In this document: piece after piece, positions 54,196 through 62,694 of the stretch
Layout: each line of letters opens with the position of its first letter
How positions within the stretch are numbered: position 1 is the stretch's first letter
Source: Gemmatimonadota bacterium
GTDB lineage: Bacteria; Gemmatimonadota; Gemmatimonadetes; Longimicrobiales; RSA9
NCBI GenBank assembly: GCA_052389275.1
Contig: JBQTID010000004.1
Location: forward strand, 581-64,580
Direction of reading: 5' to 3'
Length of the DNA stretch: 64,000 nt
Program-made: the position numbers and the translations under genes
The notes under the pieces: generated by a model
What the model was told of the DNA's origin: nothing
Databases searched by the model: none
The model's input: the letters and a program-made list of their open reading frames with translations, nothing else

Positions 54196-55132
54196 GGATC
54201 TGCTAAACACCAAAGGCCAAACCCTGGCGCTGGAGCTGCTGACCAAATGCAGTCTCCAGCGCCCGATTCAATCACCGACAATCTCGTCACCCGGCCTTGT
54301 GCTCGCCGGTTTTACGGATCGGTTTCCCACCGGCCGCCTGCAGGTCTTTGGCGAAACCGAGATTCGTTTTCTGGATTCACTGTCCGAAGCCAGGCGGCGT
54401 AAATCGCTCGAGACGTTTTTCTCGCTCGAGATGCCGGCAGTAGTCGTTACGAAGGGGTTGAAGGTGCCCGCTCTGCTGCCCGAACTCGCGCAGCAGAACG
54501 ATGTGCCGCTGCTGAGGTCGCGCCTGAAGACCGGCGATTTCTACCGGCGGCTACAGCCGTATCTGGAGGAGGCGTTCGCGCCGACCACCACGATGCATGG
54601 CTCGCTCGCCGACGTTTATGGTGTAGGGCTGCTTTTCATCGGACGCAGCGGCATCGGCAAGAGTGAATGCGTCCTCGACCTGGTCGAGCGAGGCCATCGT
54701 CTGGTTGCGGATGATCTGGTTTACGTTGCGCGTCGCGGTGTCGACGTTCTGATCGGCAAAGGGCATGAGCTGCAACAGCACCACATGGAGATCCGCGGCA
54801 TCGGTATCCTGGACATAAAGACGTTGTTCGGGATTCGGGCCATTCGGCAGCAGAAGCGCATCGAGGTGGTGGTTCAGCTCGAGGACTGGGATGCCCGAGG
54901 CAAGTACGATCGCACCGGCCTGGACGTCCAGCAAATCGATGTGCTGGGCGTCAACCTGCCGAAGGTGGTAGTGCCCCTGAACGCGGGCAAGAACAATACG
55001 GTACTGTCGGAAGTCATCGCCATGAATCACCTTTTGAAGTATTCGGGCGTTGATTCTGCCAAGCTGTTCAATGAGCGGCTCCAGAATGCGATGCAGCCGC
55101 TGCGTGATTATTTAGAGGAAGACTATGAGTAA
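54176..55132 (+). CDS. hprK: HPr kinase/phosphorylase
   Basis: 318 aa with a GTG start. MHGSLADVYGVGLLFIGRSGIGKSECVLDLVERGHRLVADD (P-loop). IEIRGIGILD-type signature (MEIRGIGILDI). Confidence 0.9.
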   Translation: MKTLTIEDLLNTKGQTLALELLTKCSLQRPIQSPTISSPGLVLAGFTDRFPTGRLQVFGETEIRFLDSLSEARRRKSLETFFSLEMPAVVVTKGLKVPALLPELAQQNDVPLLRSRLKTGDFYRRLQPYLEEAFAPTTTMHGSLADVYGVGLLFIGRSGIGKSECVLDLVERGHRLVADDLVYVARRGVDVLIGKGHELQQHHMEIRGIGILDIKTLFGIRAIRQQKRIEVVVQLEDWDARGKYDRTGLDVQQIDVLGVNLPKVVVPLNAGKNNTVLSEVIAMNHLLKYSGVDSAKLFNERLQNAMQPLRDYLEEDYE

Positions 55133-55550
55133 TGAAGGGGTGCGTGGCATCGTACTCACGCACGGCGACATGGCGCAGGGCATCATCGATGCGGTGCGCT
55201 ACATTGCCGGCGCGGGCGGCGATTCACTCGTGCCGGTCAGTAATCGCGGACTTGGGCCAGACGCGCTGGCGGAGCTGATCGCGCAGCAGGCGCGTGCGGG
55301 GCCGGCCATTGTCTTTACTGACCTGCAAAGCGGCAGCTGCGGCTTTGCGGCGCGGCGTTGCATACAGAACAATCCGCGACTGGTCGTTATTTCAGGCGTG
55401 AATCTGCCGATGCTGCTCGAATTCGTCATGCGGCGTCAACTGCCGCTCGAGCAGCTGGTACCGTTTCTAATTGAGAAGGGTCGCGCGGCAATCGGCTCCT
55501 CGCCGGCAACGTTCGAAAACAATGAGCATCGTGCTGTATCGGGTGGATGA
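55125..55550 (+). CDS. PTS EIIA component, mannose family
   Basis: 141 aa. GIVLTHGDMAQGIIDAV (phosphorylatable His in the THG motif). Confidence 0.8.
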   Translation: MSNEGVRGIVLTHGDMAQGIIDAVRYIAGAGGDSLVPVSNRGLGPDALAELIAQQARAGPAIVFTDLQSGSCGFAARRCIQNNPRLVVISGVNLPMLLEFVMRRQLPLEQLVPFLIEKGRAAIGSSPATFENNEHRAVSGG

Positions 55551-56019
55551 GCGTCTCATCCACGGGCAGGTCGTAGTCGGGTGGGGCAACCAGCTCCATC
55601 CGGATGAGATCGTAGTCGTCGACGACGAGCTTGCGAACTCCGCGTGGGAGCAGGAGCTCTACGCAATGGGACTGCCCGATGAGCTGAAGACCGCGTTCGA
55701 AAGCGTGTCGGCTGCACGCGAGCACCTGCAGAACTGGCGCGATAGCTGTGCCCGCATCGTTGTCCTGACGCGTGATGTCAACACGATGCGCCGGCTCGCG
55801 AATGCCGGTGCCATGCGGGGAGAAGAGGTAAACATTGGTGGCATTCATTACGCACCCGGGCGTGAGGCAGTGCTGCCGTACCTGTACCTGAGCCGGAGCG
55901 AGATGGGTGAGATGGGAGCTCTCGCTGGTGAAGGCGTGCGCGTTACGGCGCGCGATGTGCCCGGCGCCCGCGGCGTCGATTTGAAGGAAATGCTGAAGGG
56001 ACGCACGAACGGCGGATGA
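55522..56019 (+). CDS. PTS EIIB component, mannose/sorbose family
   Basis: ORF 55471..56019. ATG at 55522 gives MSIVLYRVDERLIHGQVVVGW (active His in the IHGQ motif). Confidence 0.8.
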   Translation: MSIVLYRVDERLIHGQVVVGWGNQLHPDEIVVVDDELANSAWEQELYAMGLPDELKTAFESVSAAREHLQNWRDSCARIVVLTRDVNTMRRLANAGAMRGEEVNIGGIHYAPGREAVLPYLYLSRSEMGEMGALAGEGVRVTARDVPGARGVDLKEMLKGRTNGG

Positions 56020-56687
56020 ATTGGATCGGCGTGGCGCTGCTGGGTGGGGCGGTGGGTGTCGATGCGACGTCGCTGGCACAGACGATGTTGTCACGCCCGT
56101 TCATTGCGGCGACGCTGACCGGCCTGATAGCCGGCCGCCCTCAGGAAGGCGCCATCCTCGGCGCGATTCTCGAGCTGTTCGCTCTCGTCATTCTACCGGT
56201 TGGTGCAGCGCGTTATCCCGAGTCCGGCACCGCCGCGGTGGCCGCTACCGCGGCATACACGAGCGCGACGGCGTTGATGTCGCCGGCGGTGATGCTGCTT
56301 GCCGTTCTGTTTGCGCTGATCTGGGAGCGTATTGCCGGCTGGAGCGTGATTCTCGATCGGCGATTCAACGAAGCATTCGTCGCGCGCGCGCCGCTCCTTT
56401 CAGACCGGCCGGATCGTGAGCTGGAGCGGCGCCACGCAGCTGCTATCGCGGTCGACTTCGCGCGCGCCGTGGCCGTGACCATGGGCGGTTGGGTGCTGGG
56501 CACCGTCGCTTTGCGCAGTGTCGCCGAGCTCTGGAGCATGAGCTCGGCAATCGCGCCGGCGATTCTATCGATCGGCCTCAGCTGCATGGTAGGCGCGGCG
56601 CTGCCTCTGTTTGGCGGACTGCGTGCACGCGCGCTGGCGCTGCTGGTCGGCATCGCGTGCGGCTCGCTGATCGTGTTCCTGCGATGA
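56016..56687 (+). CDS. PTS EIIC component, mannose family (short form)
   Basis: 223-aa polytopic membrane protein in the EIIB-EIIC-EIID order. N-terminal LLGGAVGVDATSLAQTMLSRPFIAATLTGLI resembles ManY/SorA. Confidence 0.7.
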   Translation: MNWIGVALLGGAVGVDATSLAQTMLSRPFIAATLTGLIAGRPQEGAILGAILELFALVILPVGAARYPESGTAAVAATAAYTSATALMSPAVMLLAVLFALIWERIAGWSVILDRRFNEAFVARAPLLSDRPDRELERRHAAAIAVDFARAVAVTMGGWVLGTVALRSVAELWSMSSAIAPAILSIGLSCMVGAALPLFGGLRARALALLVGIACGSLIVFLR

Positions 56688-57427
56688 CGCGCTTTCCACG
56701 CAGTGTGTCGACGCGCATGTTCCTGCGATCATTCACGATTCAGGCATCGTGGAACTACCGCACACTGATTGGCAGCGGTTTCGGGTTTTGTCTGTTGCCG
56801 GCATTGCGCGTGATCTATCGCGATCGGCCCGATCAACTGCACGAGGCCGTGCGCCGGCACACTGAGCTGTTCAATAGTCATCCGTATCTCGCGCCGCTTG
56901 CGCTGGGCGCGGTAGCGTCACTCGAGGCCGAGGGCGAGCCGTTGATTGCAACGCGCTTCAAGGCGGCGGTGCGAGGCTCGCTCGGGACGCTCGGAGATCG
57001 GCTGGTCTGGTCCGGCTGGCGGCCGGTCTGCGCACTGGCGGCATTGACGATGGCGGCGTTGGGCGCGGCCTGGTGGACATCAGTCGCAGTCTATTTCGTG
57101 CTCTACAATGCCGGCCACCTCGCGTTGCGCATCTACGCGTTCCGCCTCGGAATGGCGCACGGCAGGCGAGTCGGTGAAGTATTGAAGAGCTCGCGCCTGA
57201 ATGATGCGCACCACGCGCTGGCTGTAATGGGCGCCGCACTCGTCGGTGTTCTGCTCCCTTTGACGGTCGCGCGCCCAATTTTTCCTGGCTGGGGCGGTGC
57301 GCTTTGGACGGTCGCGCTTGCGGCCGCCGCGGTGCTCGGGCTGATTTTCGGAGGGCGCGTCAGAACACCCGTTGCTTTGGTGTTGGCGAGTGCAACGATC
57401 GTAGCGCTGCTGGTGAGCGTGCTGTGA
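56684..57427 (+). CDS. PTS EIID component, mannose family (short form)
   Basis: ORF 56489..57427. ATG at 56684 overlaps the upstream TGA (ATGA). MFLRSFTIQASWNYRTLIGSGFGFCLLPAL...LFNSHPYLAPLALG is typical of ManZ-like proteins. Confidence 0.7.
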   Translation: MTRFPRSVSTRMFLRSFTIQASWNYRTLIGSGFGFCLLPALRVIYRDRPDQLHEAVRRHTELFNSHPYLAPLALGAVASLEAEGEPLIATRFKAAVRGSLGTLGDRLVWSGWRPVCALAALTMAALGAAWWTSVAVYFVLYNAGHLALRIYAFRLGMAHGRRVGEVLKSSRLNDAHHALAVMGAALVGVLLPLTVARPIFPGWGGALWTVALAAAAVLGLIFGGRVRTPVALVLASATIVALLVSVL

Positions 57428-57690
57428 GCGAGCAGACGATCCAGATCAAAAACAAGTTCGGCCTGCACGCGCGGCCGGCTGCCGAGTTTGTCAAACTCGC
57501 CGCCCGCTTCGACGCGGACATTTGGGTGCGCAAGCAGGAGCTGGAAGTGAACGGCAAGAGCATCATGGGCATGATGATGTTGGCGGCGGAGTGTGGTGCC
57601 GAGATCACGATTCGCGCGCATGGCGCTGATGAAAGGGAAGCAATTGGTGAGCTGGTGGCGCTTGTGAACGACCGCTTCGGAGAGGAATAG
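57424..57690 (+). CDS. ptsH: phosphocarrier protein HPr
   Basis: ORF 57304..57690. GTG at 57424 overlaps the upstream TGA. IQIKNKFGLHARPAAEFV (His15 motif) and NGKSIMGMMML (Ser46 motif, the HprK target). Confidence 0.85.
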   Translation: MSEQTIQIKNKFGLHARPAAEFVKLAARFDADIWVRKQELEVNGKSIMGMMMLAAECGAEITIRAHGADEREAIGELVALVNDRFGEE

Positions 57691-57695
57691 CCAGC

Positions 57696-59480
57696 GTGTC
57701 GTCATTGATCCGGGATGGGATTCCGGCATCACCGGGAATCGTGATCGGTCCCGCGTATGTGCTGCAGTGGGAGCCGCCACGGGCGCCGCACGTCACGGTG
57801 CCTGCCGGCGAAATCCAAAGCGAGACCGAACGCTTCAATCAGGCGCGCGAGCTTGCGAAGGATCGCATTCGCGCGATTCAGCTCGACACCGCCGAGCGTC
57901 TGGGCCGGGTCGAAGCGCAGATCTTCGAGCCGCAGATCCTGATGCTCGATGACATCGACCTGGTGGACGGCACCCTGACATACATTCGCGACAATCATCT
58001 TTCGGCGGCACGTGCGTTCGAGCTGCGCATGCTCGAGCTACAGTCCGAGTGGTCTCGTTCCGGCCATCCGATGATCATGGATCGGCTGAACGATTTGCTC
58101 GACATCGAAGTCCGCGTGCTGCACCATCTGATGGACCTGCCGGATCCCGATTTTACGTTGCGCGATGTCGGCGACAAGGTGATTCTCGTAGCGCGTGACC
58201 TGACGCCGAGCATAACGGCGCAGCTTGATAAGAAGGGAATTCTCGGCATCGCGACCGACGCGGGCACGCGCACCTCGCATTCGGCGATCCTGGCACGCTC
58301 AGCCAATATCCCCTGCGTCGCCAGTCTCGGCGATTTCTCGAGCCTGATCCATTCGGGCGACGAGCTGATCCTCGACGGTCGTGAAGGGCGCGTCATCGCC
58401 CGGCCGACCGACAGCGAAAAGCAGATGTACCGCGAGCGCGACATCAAGATGCGCGAATGGGAGCAGGAGCTCATCCTGCTCGCGCACCTGCCGCCGGTTA
58501 CGCCCGATCATCAACCCGTATTGCTGCGCGCGAACATTGATTTGCCGGACGAGGCGGAGAGCGCACGGCTGCACGGTGCGCATGGCGTCGGCCTGTACCG
58601 CACCGAGTTCTTCGTGGTTGGACGCAGCACCATGCCGGAAGAGGAAGAGCAATACCAGTGCTACAAGCAGGTCGCGCAAGTCTTTCCGCACGATGCGGTA
58701 TACATCCGCACGTTCGATCTGGGCGGCGACAAATTCCCACTCTTCCTGCACATGCCCGCGGAGGAGAACCCGTTTCTCGGCTGGCGCGCGATCCGTGTTT
58801 GTCTGGACACACCGGACCTGTTCAGGGCGCAGCTGCGCGCGTTGCTGCGGGCTACGGCGCATGGCGACGTGCGCATCATGTTACCGCTGGTCAACGAGAT
58901 CGAGGAGATCAAGCGCACGCGGGTCATGCTCGAGGAAGAGGCCGTCAGCCTCGAAGCGGCGGGCGTAGCGTTCAATTCCGCGTACAAGCTCGGCATCATG
59001 ATCGAAACGCCCGGCGCGGCGCAGATTGCCTCGAAGCTCGCGCGTTATGCGGACTTTTTTTCGATCGGTACAAACGACCTGGTGCAGTACACGCTAGCGG
59101 TAGACCGCGGCAACGCGCGTCTGGCGCCGCTGTACAATCCGTTTCATCCCGCGGTCGTGAAGCTCATCAATCATGTTGCCATCGCGGGGCGGGAGGCGGG
59201 CATCGAAGTGAGCGTGTGCGGCGAGATGGCGGGAAATCCGTTGGCCGTTTTCATGCTGATTGGCCTGGGCATCAGTGCGCTCAGCGTGGGTACCGCATCG
59301 CTGCCGGAAATCAAGAAGGTGATCCGCAGCGTGCCGTCCACCGATGCACGCAGCGCCGCCGCCGCAGCATTGGACGCAGCCACCCCGAACGAAGTCGTCG
59401 AGATTCTCACGCAGGAAATTTCGAAGTGGCTCGATCTCTCGCTGTTCTCGGGTCGCTGGAACTTGTCACCATCTGCGTGA
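57696..59480 (+). CDS. ptsI: phosphoenolpyruvate-protein phosphotransferase (Enzyme I)
   Basis: 594 aa. GIATDAGTRTSHSAILARS (active His), GLYRTEF, FFSIGTNDLVQYTLAVDR, CGEMAG. Confidence 0.95.
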   Translation: MSSLIRDGIPASPGIVIGPAYVLQWEPPRAPHVTVPAGEIQSETERFNQARELAKDRIRAIQLDTAERLGRVEAQIFEPQILMLDDIDLVDGTLTYIRDNHLSAARAFELRMLELQSEWSRSGHPMIMDRLNDLLDIEVRVLHHLMDLPDPDFTLRDVGDKVILVARDLTPSITAQLDKKGILGIATDAGTRTSHSAILARSANIPCVASLGDFSSLIHSGDELILDGREGRVIARPTDSEKQMYRERDIKMREWEQELILLAHLPPVTPDHQPVLLRANIDLPDEAESARLHGAHGVGLYRTEFFVVGRSTMPEEEEQYQCYKQVAQVFPHDAVYIRTFDLGGDKFPLFLHMPAEENPFLGWRAIRVCLDTPDLFRAQLRALLRATAHGDVRIMLPLVNEIEEIKRTRVMLEEEAVSLEAAGVAFNSAYKLGIMIETPGAAQIASKLARYADFFSIGTNDLVQYTLAVDRGNARLAPLYNPFHPAVVKLINHVAIAGREAGIEVSVCGEMAGNPLAVFMLIGLGISALSVGTASLPEIKKVIRSVPSTDARSAAAAALDAATPNEVVEILTQEISKWLDLSLFSGRWNLSPSA

Positions 59481-59524
59481 CGCACCATTTTCGTTAGCGA
59501 TAGCGAGCGGGTCTTTTTTCCGGG

Positions 59525-60706
59525 ATGTATGTGAGCCGATATCTTTTTACATCCGAGTCTGTCACCGAAGGCCATCCGGACAAGATCGCCGACCAGACCA
59601 GTGACGCGGTACTCGATGCAATCCTCACGGATGATCCGGCCGGCCGCGTTGCATGTGAAGTCGTGGTCACCACCGGGCTCGCGCTGGTCGTGGGCGAAAT
59701 CACTACGACGACGTATGTAGACATTCCCGGCATCGTACGTGGCACGATCCGTTCGATTGGATACACGGACTCCAACTACGGCATCGACGGCGAGACGTGC
59801 GCCGTGCTCGTCACAATCGACCGGCAATCGCCCGACATTGCGCAAGGCGTAGATCCGGGCGGCGCGGGCGATCAGGGCATGATGTTCGGGTACGCGGTCA
59901 ACGAGACGGAGGATCTGATGCCCGCGCCCATCGAGCTGGCGCATCGGCTGACCAGCAGATTGGCGGAAATGCGCAAGAGCGGCCGCTTGCCATGGCTGCG
60001 TCCCGACGGCAAGGCGCAGGTCTCGCTCGAGTATGAAAATGGCAAACCAGTCCGCGTCGATACGGTGGTCGTCAGCACGCAGCATGCGCCGGAGATCGGC
60101 ATCGATGAAGTACGCGCCGCCGTTGTCGATCGGGTTATCGTGCCGGCCCTGCCGCCCGACCTCTTCGATCGCGCGAAATGCACTATTCACGTTAATCCGA
60201 CCGGCCGGTTTGTGGTTGGCGGGCCACACGGTGATGCGGGTCTCACCGGGCGCAAGATCATCGTGGATACTTACGGCGGTGCGGGCCGTCATGGCGGCGG
60301 CGCCTTCAGCGGCAAGGATCCATCGAAAGTCGATCGGTCAGCCGCTTATGCGGCGCGCTGGGCCGCGAAGAACGTGGTCGCAGCGGAGCTCGCAGACCGG
60401 TGCGAAGTAAGTCTTGCGTATGCGATCGGCGTGGTGGATCCGGTCGCGATCCACGTCGAGACATTCGGTACGGCCAAGGTGCCCGACGCCGTCATTGAGC
60501 GCGCGTTGCGTGAGGTGTTCGACTTCCGCCCGCGCTCGATCATCGAGACGCTCGGTCTGAGAAATCCGATCTACCGGCCGACGGCTGCGTACGGCCATTT
60601 CGGCCGCAAGCCCTACAAGGAACGCGTGGATGGACGCGAGCTCCAGTTCTTTGCCTGGGAACTGACCAATAGGGTGGATGAGCTGAGAGTAGCGGCGAAA
60701 TTCTAA
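59525..60706 (+). CDS. metK: S-adenosylmethionine synthase
   Basis: [48 protein letters not shown]. Confidence 0.95.
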   Translation: MYVSRYLFTSESVTEGHPDKIADQTSDAVLDAILTDDPAGRVACEVVVTTGLALVVGEITTTTYVDIPGIVRGTIRSIGYTDSNYGIDGETCAVLVTIDRQSPDIAQGVDPGGAGDQGMMFGYAVNETEDLMPAPIELAHRLTSRLAEMRKSGRLPWLRPDGKAQVSLEYENGKPVRVDTVVVSTQHAPEIGIDEVRAAVVDRVIVPALPPDLFDRAKCTIHVNPTGRFVVGGPHGDAGLTGRKIIVDTYGGAGRHGGGAFSGKDPSKVDRSAAYAARWAAKNVVAAELADRCEVSLAYAIGVVDPVAIHVETFGTAKVPDAVIERALREVFDFRPRSIIETLGLRNPIYRPTAAYGHFGRKPYKERVDGRELQFFAWELTNRVDELRVAAKF

Positions 60707-60797
60707 GGAGAGTGTGTGAGTATGGGAGTGTGGGAATGTGAGAGAGATGTCTCACACTTACACATTCTCACAATCTCACACTCACACTCACATTCAC
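60707..60797. repeat. 91-nt imperfect palindrome (GT/GA-rich arm, then CA/CT-rich arm) between metK and the DUF151 gene
   Basis: GGAGAGTGTGTGAGTATGGGAGTGTGGGAATGTGAGAGAGATG | TCTCACACTTACACATTCTCACAATCTCACACTCACACTCACATTCACA. The arms are complementary with bulges. Shares a TGGGAGTG(T/G)G(G)TGGGA-type core with 33522-33631. Confidence 0.7.
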
Positions 60798-61334
60798 ATG
60801 ATTGAAGTAAAGGTCCAGAGTCTCGGCTTGGACAGAACGTCCAACACCCCGGTCGTCATTCTACAGGAGAAGGACGGCAGCAGGGTCCTGCCCATTTGGA
60901 TCGGTCCGGGCGAAGCGAGTGCAATTGCGATGGAGCTCGCCGGTATGAAGTTTTCCCGGCCACTCACGCACGATCTTTTCGCCTCCATGATCCGTGGACT
61001 GGGCGGCACGCTGCTGCGAGTCATGATCACGAAAGTCATAGAGAACACTTACTACGCGGAGCTGATTGTCCAGCGCGGTAGTGAAGTCATTAGCATCGAC
61101 GCGCGACCATCGGATTCGATCGCGATCGCGCTGCGCATGGAAGCGAGCATTTACACGACCGACGAGTTGCTCGAGAACACAGCGATCGAGATCGCGGACG
61201 GTACCGCTTCGCCGGAGGATTTTGTCAGCGAGCCCGGCGAGGGCGAGCCGAATGTGGGCGGTCTGACTCCGGAGGAGCTGCGCGAGTACCTGCGGCGCAT
61301 GAACCCGGAAGACTTCGGTCGCTTCAACCCGTGA
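60798..61334 (+). CDS. bifunctional nuclease family protein (DUF151)
   Basis: ORF 60738..61334. ATG at 60798 gives MIEVKVQSLGLDRTSNTPVVILQEKDGSRVLPIWIGPGEASAIAMEL...RPLTHDL...ARPSDSIALA-like motif. Confidence 0.8.
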   Translation: MIEVKVQSLGLDRTSNTPVVILQEKDGSRVLPIWIGPGEASAIAMELAGMKFSRPLTHDLFASMIRGLGGTLLRVMITKVIENTYYAELIVQRGSEVISIDARPSDSIAIALRMEASIYTTDELLENTAIEIADGTASPEDFVSEPGEGEPNVGGLTPEELREYLRRMNPEDFGRFNP

Positions 61335-61942
61335 AATCCGTTTTGCTCGCCGTTATCGGCGGGTTGCTGCTGGCTCCGCCCGTTCATGCTCAAAGCCATA
61401 TCACAGGGCGCGTCCTCGACGCGCAACAGAATCCGGTTGCCAATGTCGAGGTGTTGCTGCACGCTGTTACCGAGACGTCCGGTACTAATGTCGACACCGA
61501 CACGACCGATGCGAACGGCGCGTTTCGCGTGGACGCCGATGCTGTAATCTCGAATGCAGTTTACTTCGTTGCGGTCGTGTATGATGGCGAGTTGTACATG
61601 GGCGATCTAATGCGCGCGCCGTTCCCGGCCCGCCAGGAATACATTGTTCGGGTCGGTGTCAATCCAGTCAACCTTCCGACGGCGGCGACCGCACGAGAGC
61701 TGGCCGCGCCGCCATCGGGCAAAGAGCGTGCTGCCGGGCTGGTTGTGATCGTAAGTGCAATCGTGATGATCGCGGCGCTGCTCGTGATCGGATTTCGGCG
61801 CCGCCCGCCGGTGCGTCGACGCTGGCTGGTCGAGCTGGCGCGGCTGGAGGATGAATTGGACAGCGGCACGGATGCGCGTGACGCGCTCGCACGTCGGCGC
61901 CATGAGCTGCGCGAGCGCCTGAAAGCGCCGCGGAGCGGTTAG
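61331..61942 (+). CDS. hypothetical protein: signal peptide, carboxypeptidase-regulatory-like domain, one TM helix, charged C-terminal helix
   Basis: MKSVLLAVIGGLLLAPPVHAQSHITGRVLDAQQNPVANVEVLL...DANGAFRV, a TM segment AAGLVVIVSAIVMIAALLVIGF, then RRWLVELARLEDELD.... Confidence 0.45.
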   Translation: MKSVLLAVIGGLLLAPPVHAQSHITGRVLDAQQNPVANVEVLLHAVTETSGTNVDTDTTDANGAFRVDADAVISNAVYFVAVVYDGELYMGDLMRAPFPARQEYIVRVGVNPVNLPTAATARELAAPPSGKERAAGLVVIVSAIVMIAALLVIGFRRRPPVRRRWLVELARLEDELDSGTDARDALARRRHELRERLKAPRSG

Positions 61943-61944
61943 CC

Positions 61945-62694
61945 ATGAGCCTGGTCAGTAGCGATGCGATCATTCTCCAGACGTTCAAGTACAGCGACAC
62001 GAGCAAGATCCTCCGACTCATCACACGCTCGCATGGTCTCCAGTCGGTGATTGCGAAGGGCGCACTTCGTCCCAGGAGCCAGTTCGGCGGTATACTCGAA
62101 CCTTTCGTGGAGGGCATTGCCAGCTTTCATGCAAAGGAGAATCGGGAGCTGCATACGCTCAGTGGTTTCGAGCTGGTGCGCAGCCGACAGCGGCTCGGCG
62201 CCGATCTGGTTCGTTTCGGCGGTGCATCGCTGATCGCGGAGGTGGTGCTCCGGTCCGGAATCGAAGCCGCCGATTCGCACCTGTTCGACACGGTTCGGGA
62301 AGCGCTGGACCGGCTCCAGGACGCGCAAGTCGAGCGCGTAGAGTCGGTCGTACTGGGCGAAACCTGGGCCCTGATCGCACAGCTCGGCTTCGCGCCCGCG
62401 CTCGACGAATGCATCGAGTGCGGCAGAGTGCTCGCGGCAGCTGAAGATGTGACATTTGATCATGTCGCCGGCGGCGTCCGCTGTCAGACATGCGCAGTCG
62501 GATTGCCCGGCAAAACACTGCCGCCACATGCGCGTGATGCGCTGATGCGCTGGTTGCGCGGTGAACAGGTCACACTCGATCGCACCGCGGCACACTGGCG
62601 GCTGTTGTCTCGTTTTCTCGCGCATCACGTGCTCGATGGCACTGCTCTCAACTCGCTGGTGTTTCTGGCAGAGACACTCGGGGATTCGGAATGA
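61945..62694 (+). CDS. recO: DNA repair protein RecO
   Basis: [33 protein letters not shown], a C-terminal zinc-binding CxxC...CxxC (CIECG...CQTC). Confidence 0.85.
   Translation: MSLVSSDAIILQTFKYSDTSKILRLITRSHGLQSVIAKGALRPRSQFGGILEPFVEGIASFHAKENRELHTLSGFELVRSRQRLGADLVRFGGASLIAEVVLRSGIEAADSHLFDTVREALDRLQDAQVERVESVVLGETWALIAQLGFAPALDECIECGRVLAAAEDVTFDHVAGGVRCQTCAVGLPGKTLPPHARDALMRWLRGEQVTLDRTAAHWRLLSRFLAHHVLDGTALNSLVFLAETLGDSE

Noticed and set aside
59481-59524. T-run (GGGTCTTTTTTCC) after ptsI as a rho-independent terminator.
   Set aside because: The upstream sequence contains a direct repeat (TAGCGA TAGCGA) rather than a convincing GC-rich stem.
60738-60797. His/Thr-rich N-terminal extension (MREMSHTYTFSQSHTHTHIH) of the DUF151 ORF, which looks like a metal-binding tag.
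   Set aside because: It is the translation of the CA-rich arm of the intergenic palindrome. DUF151 proteins start with the MIEVKV...-type sequence found at ATG 60798.
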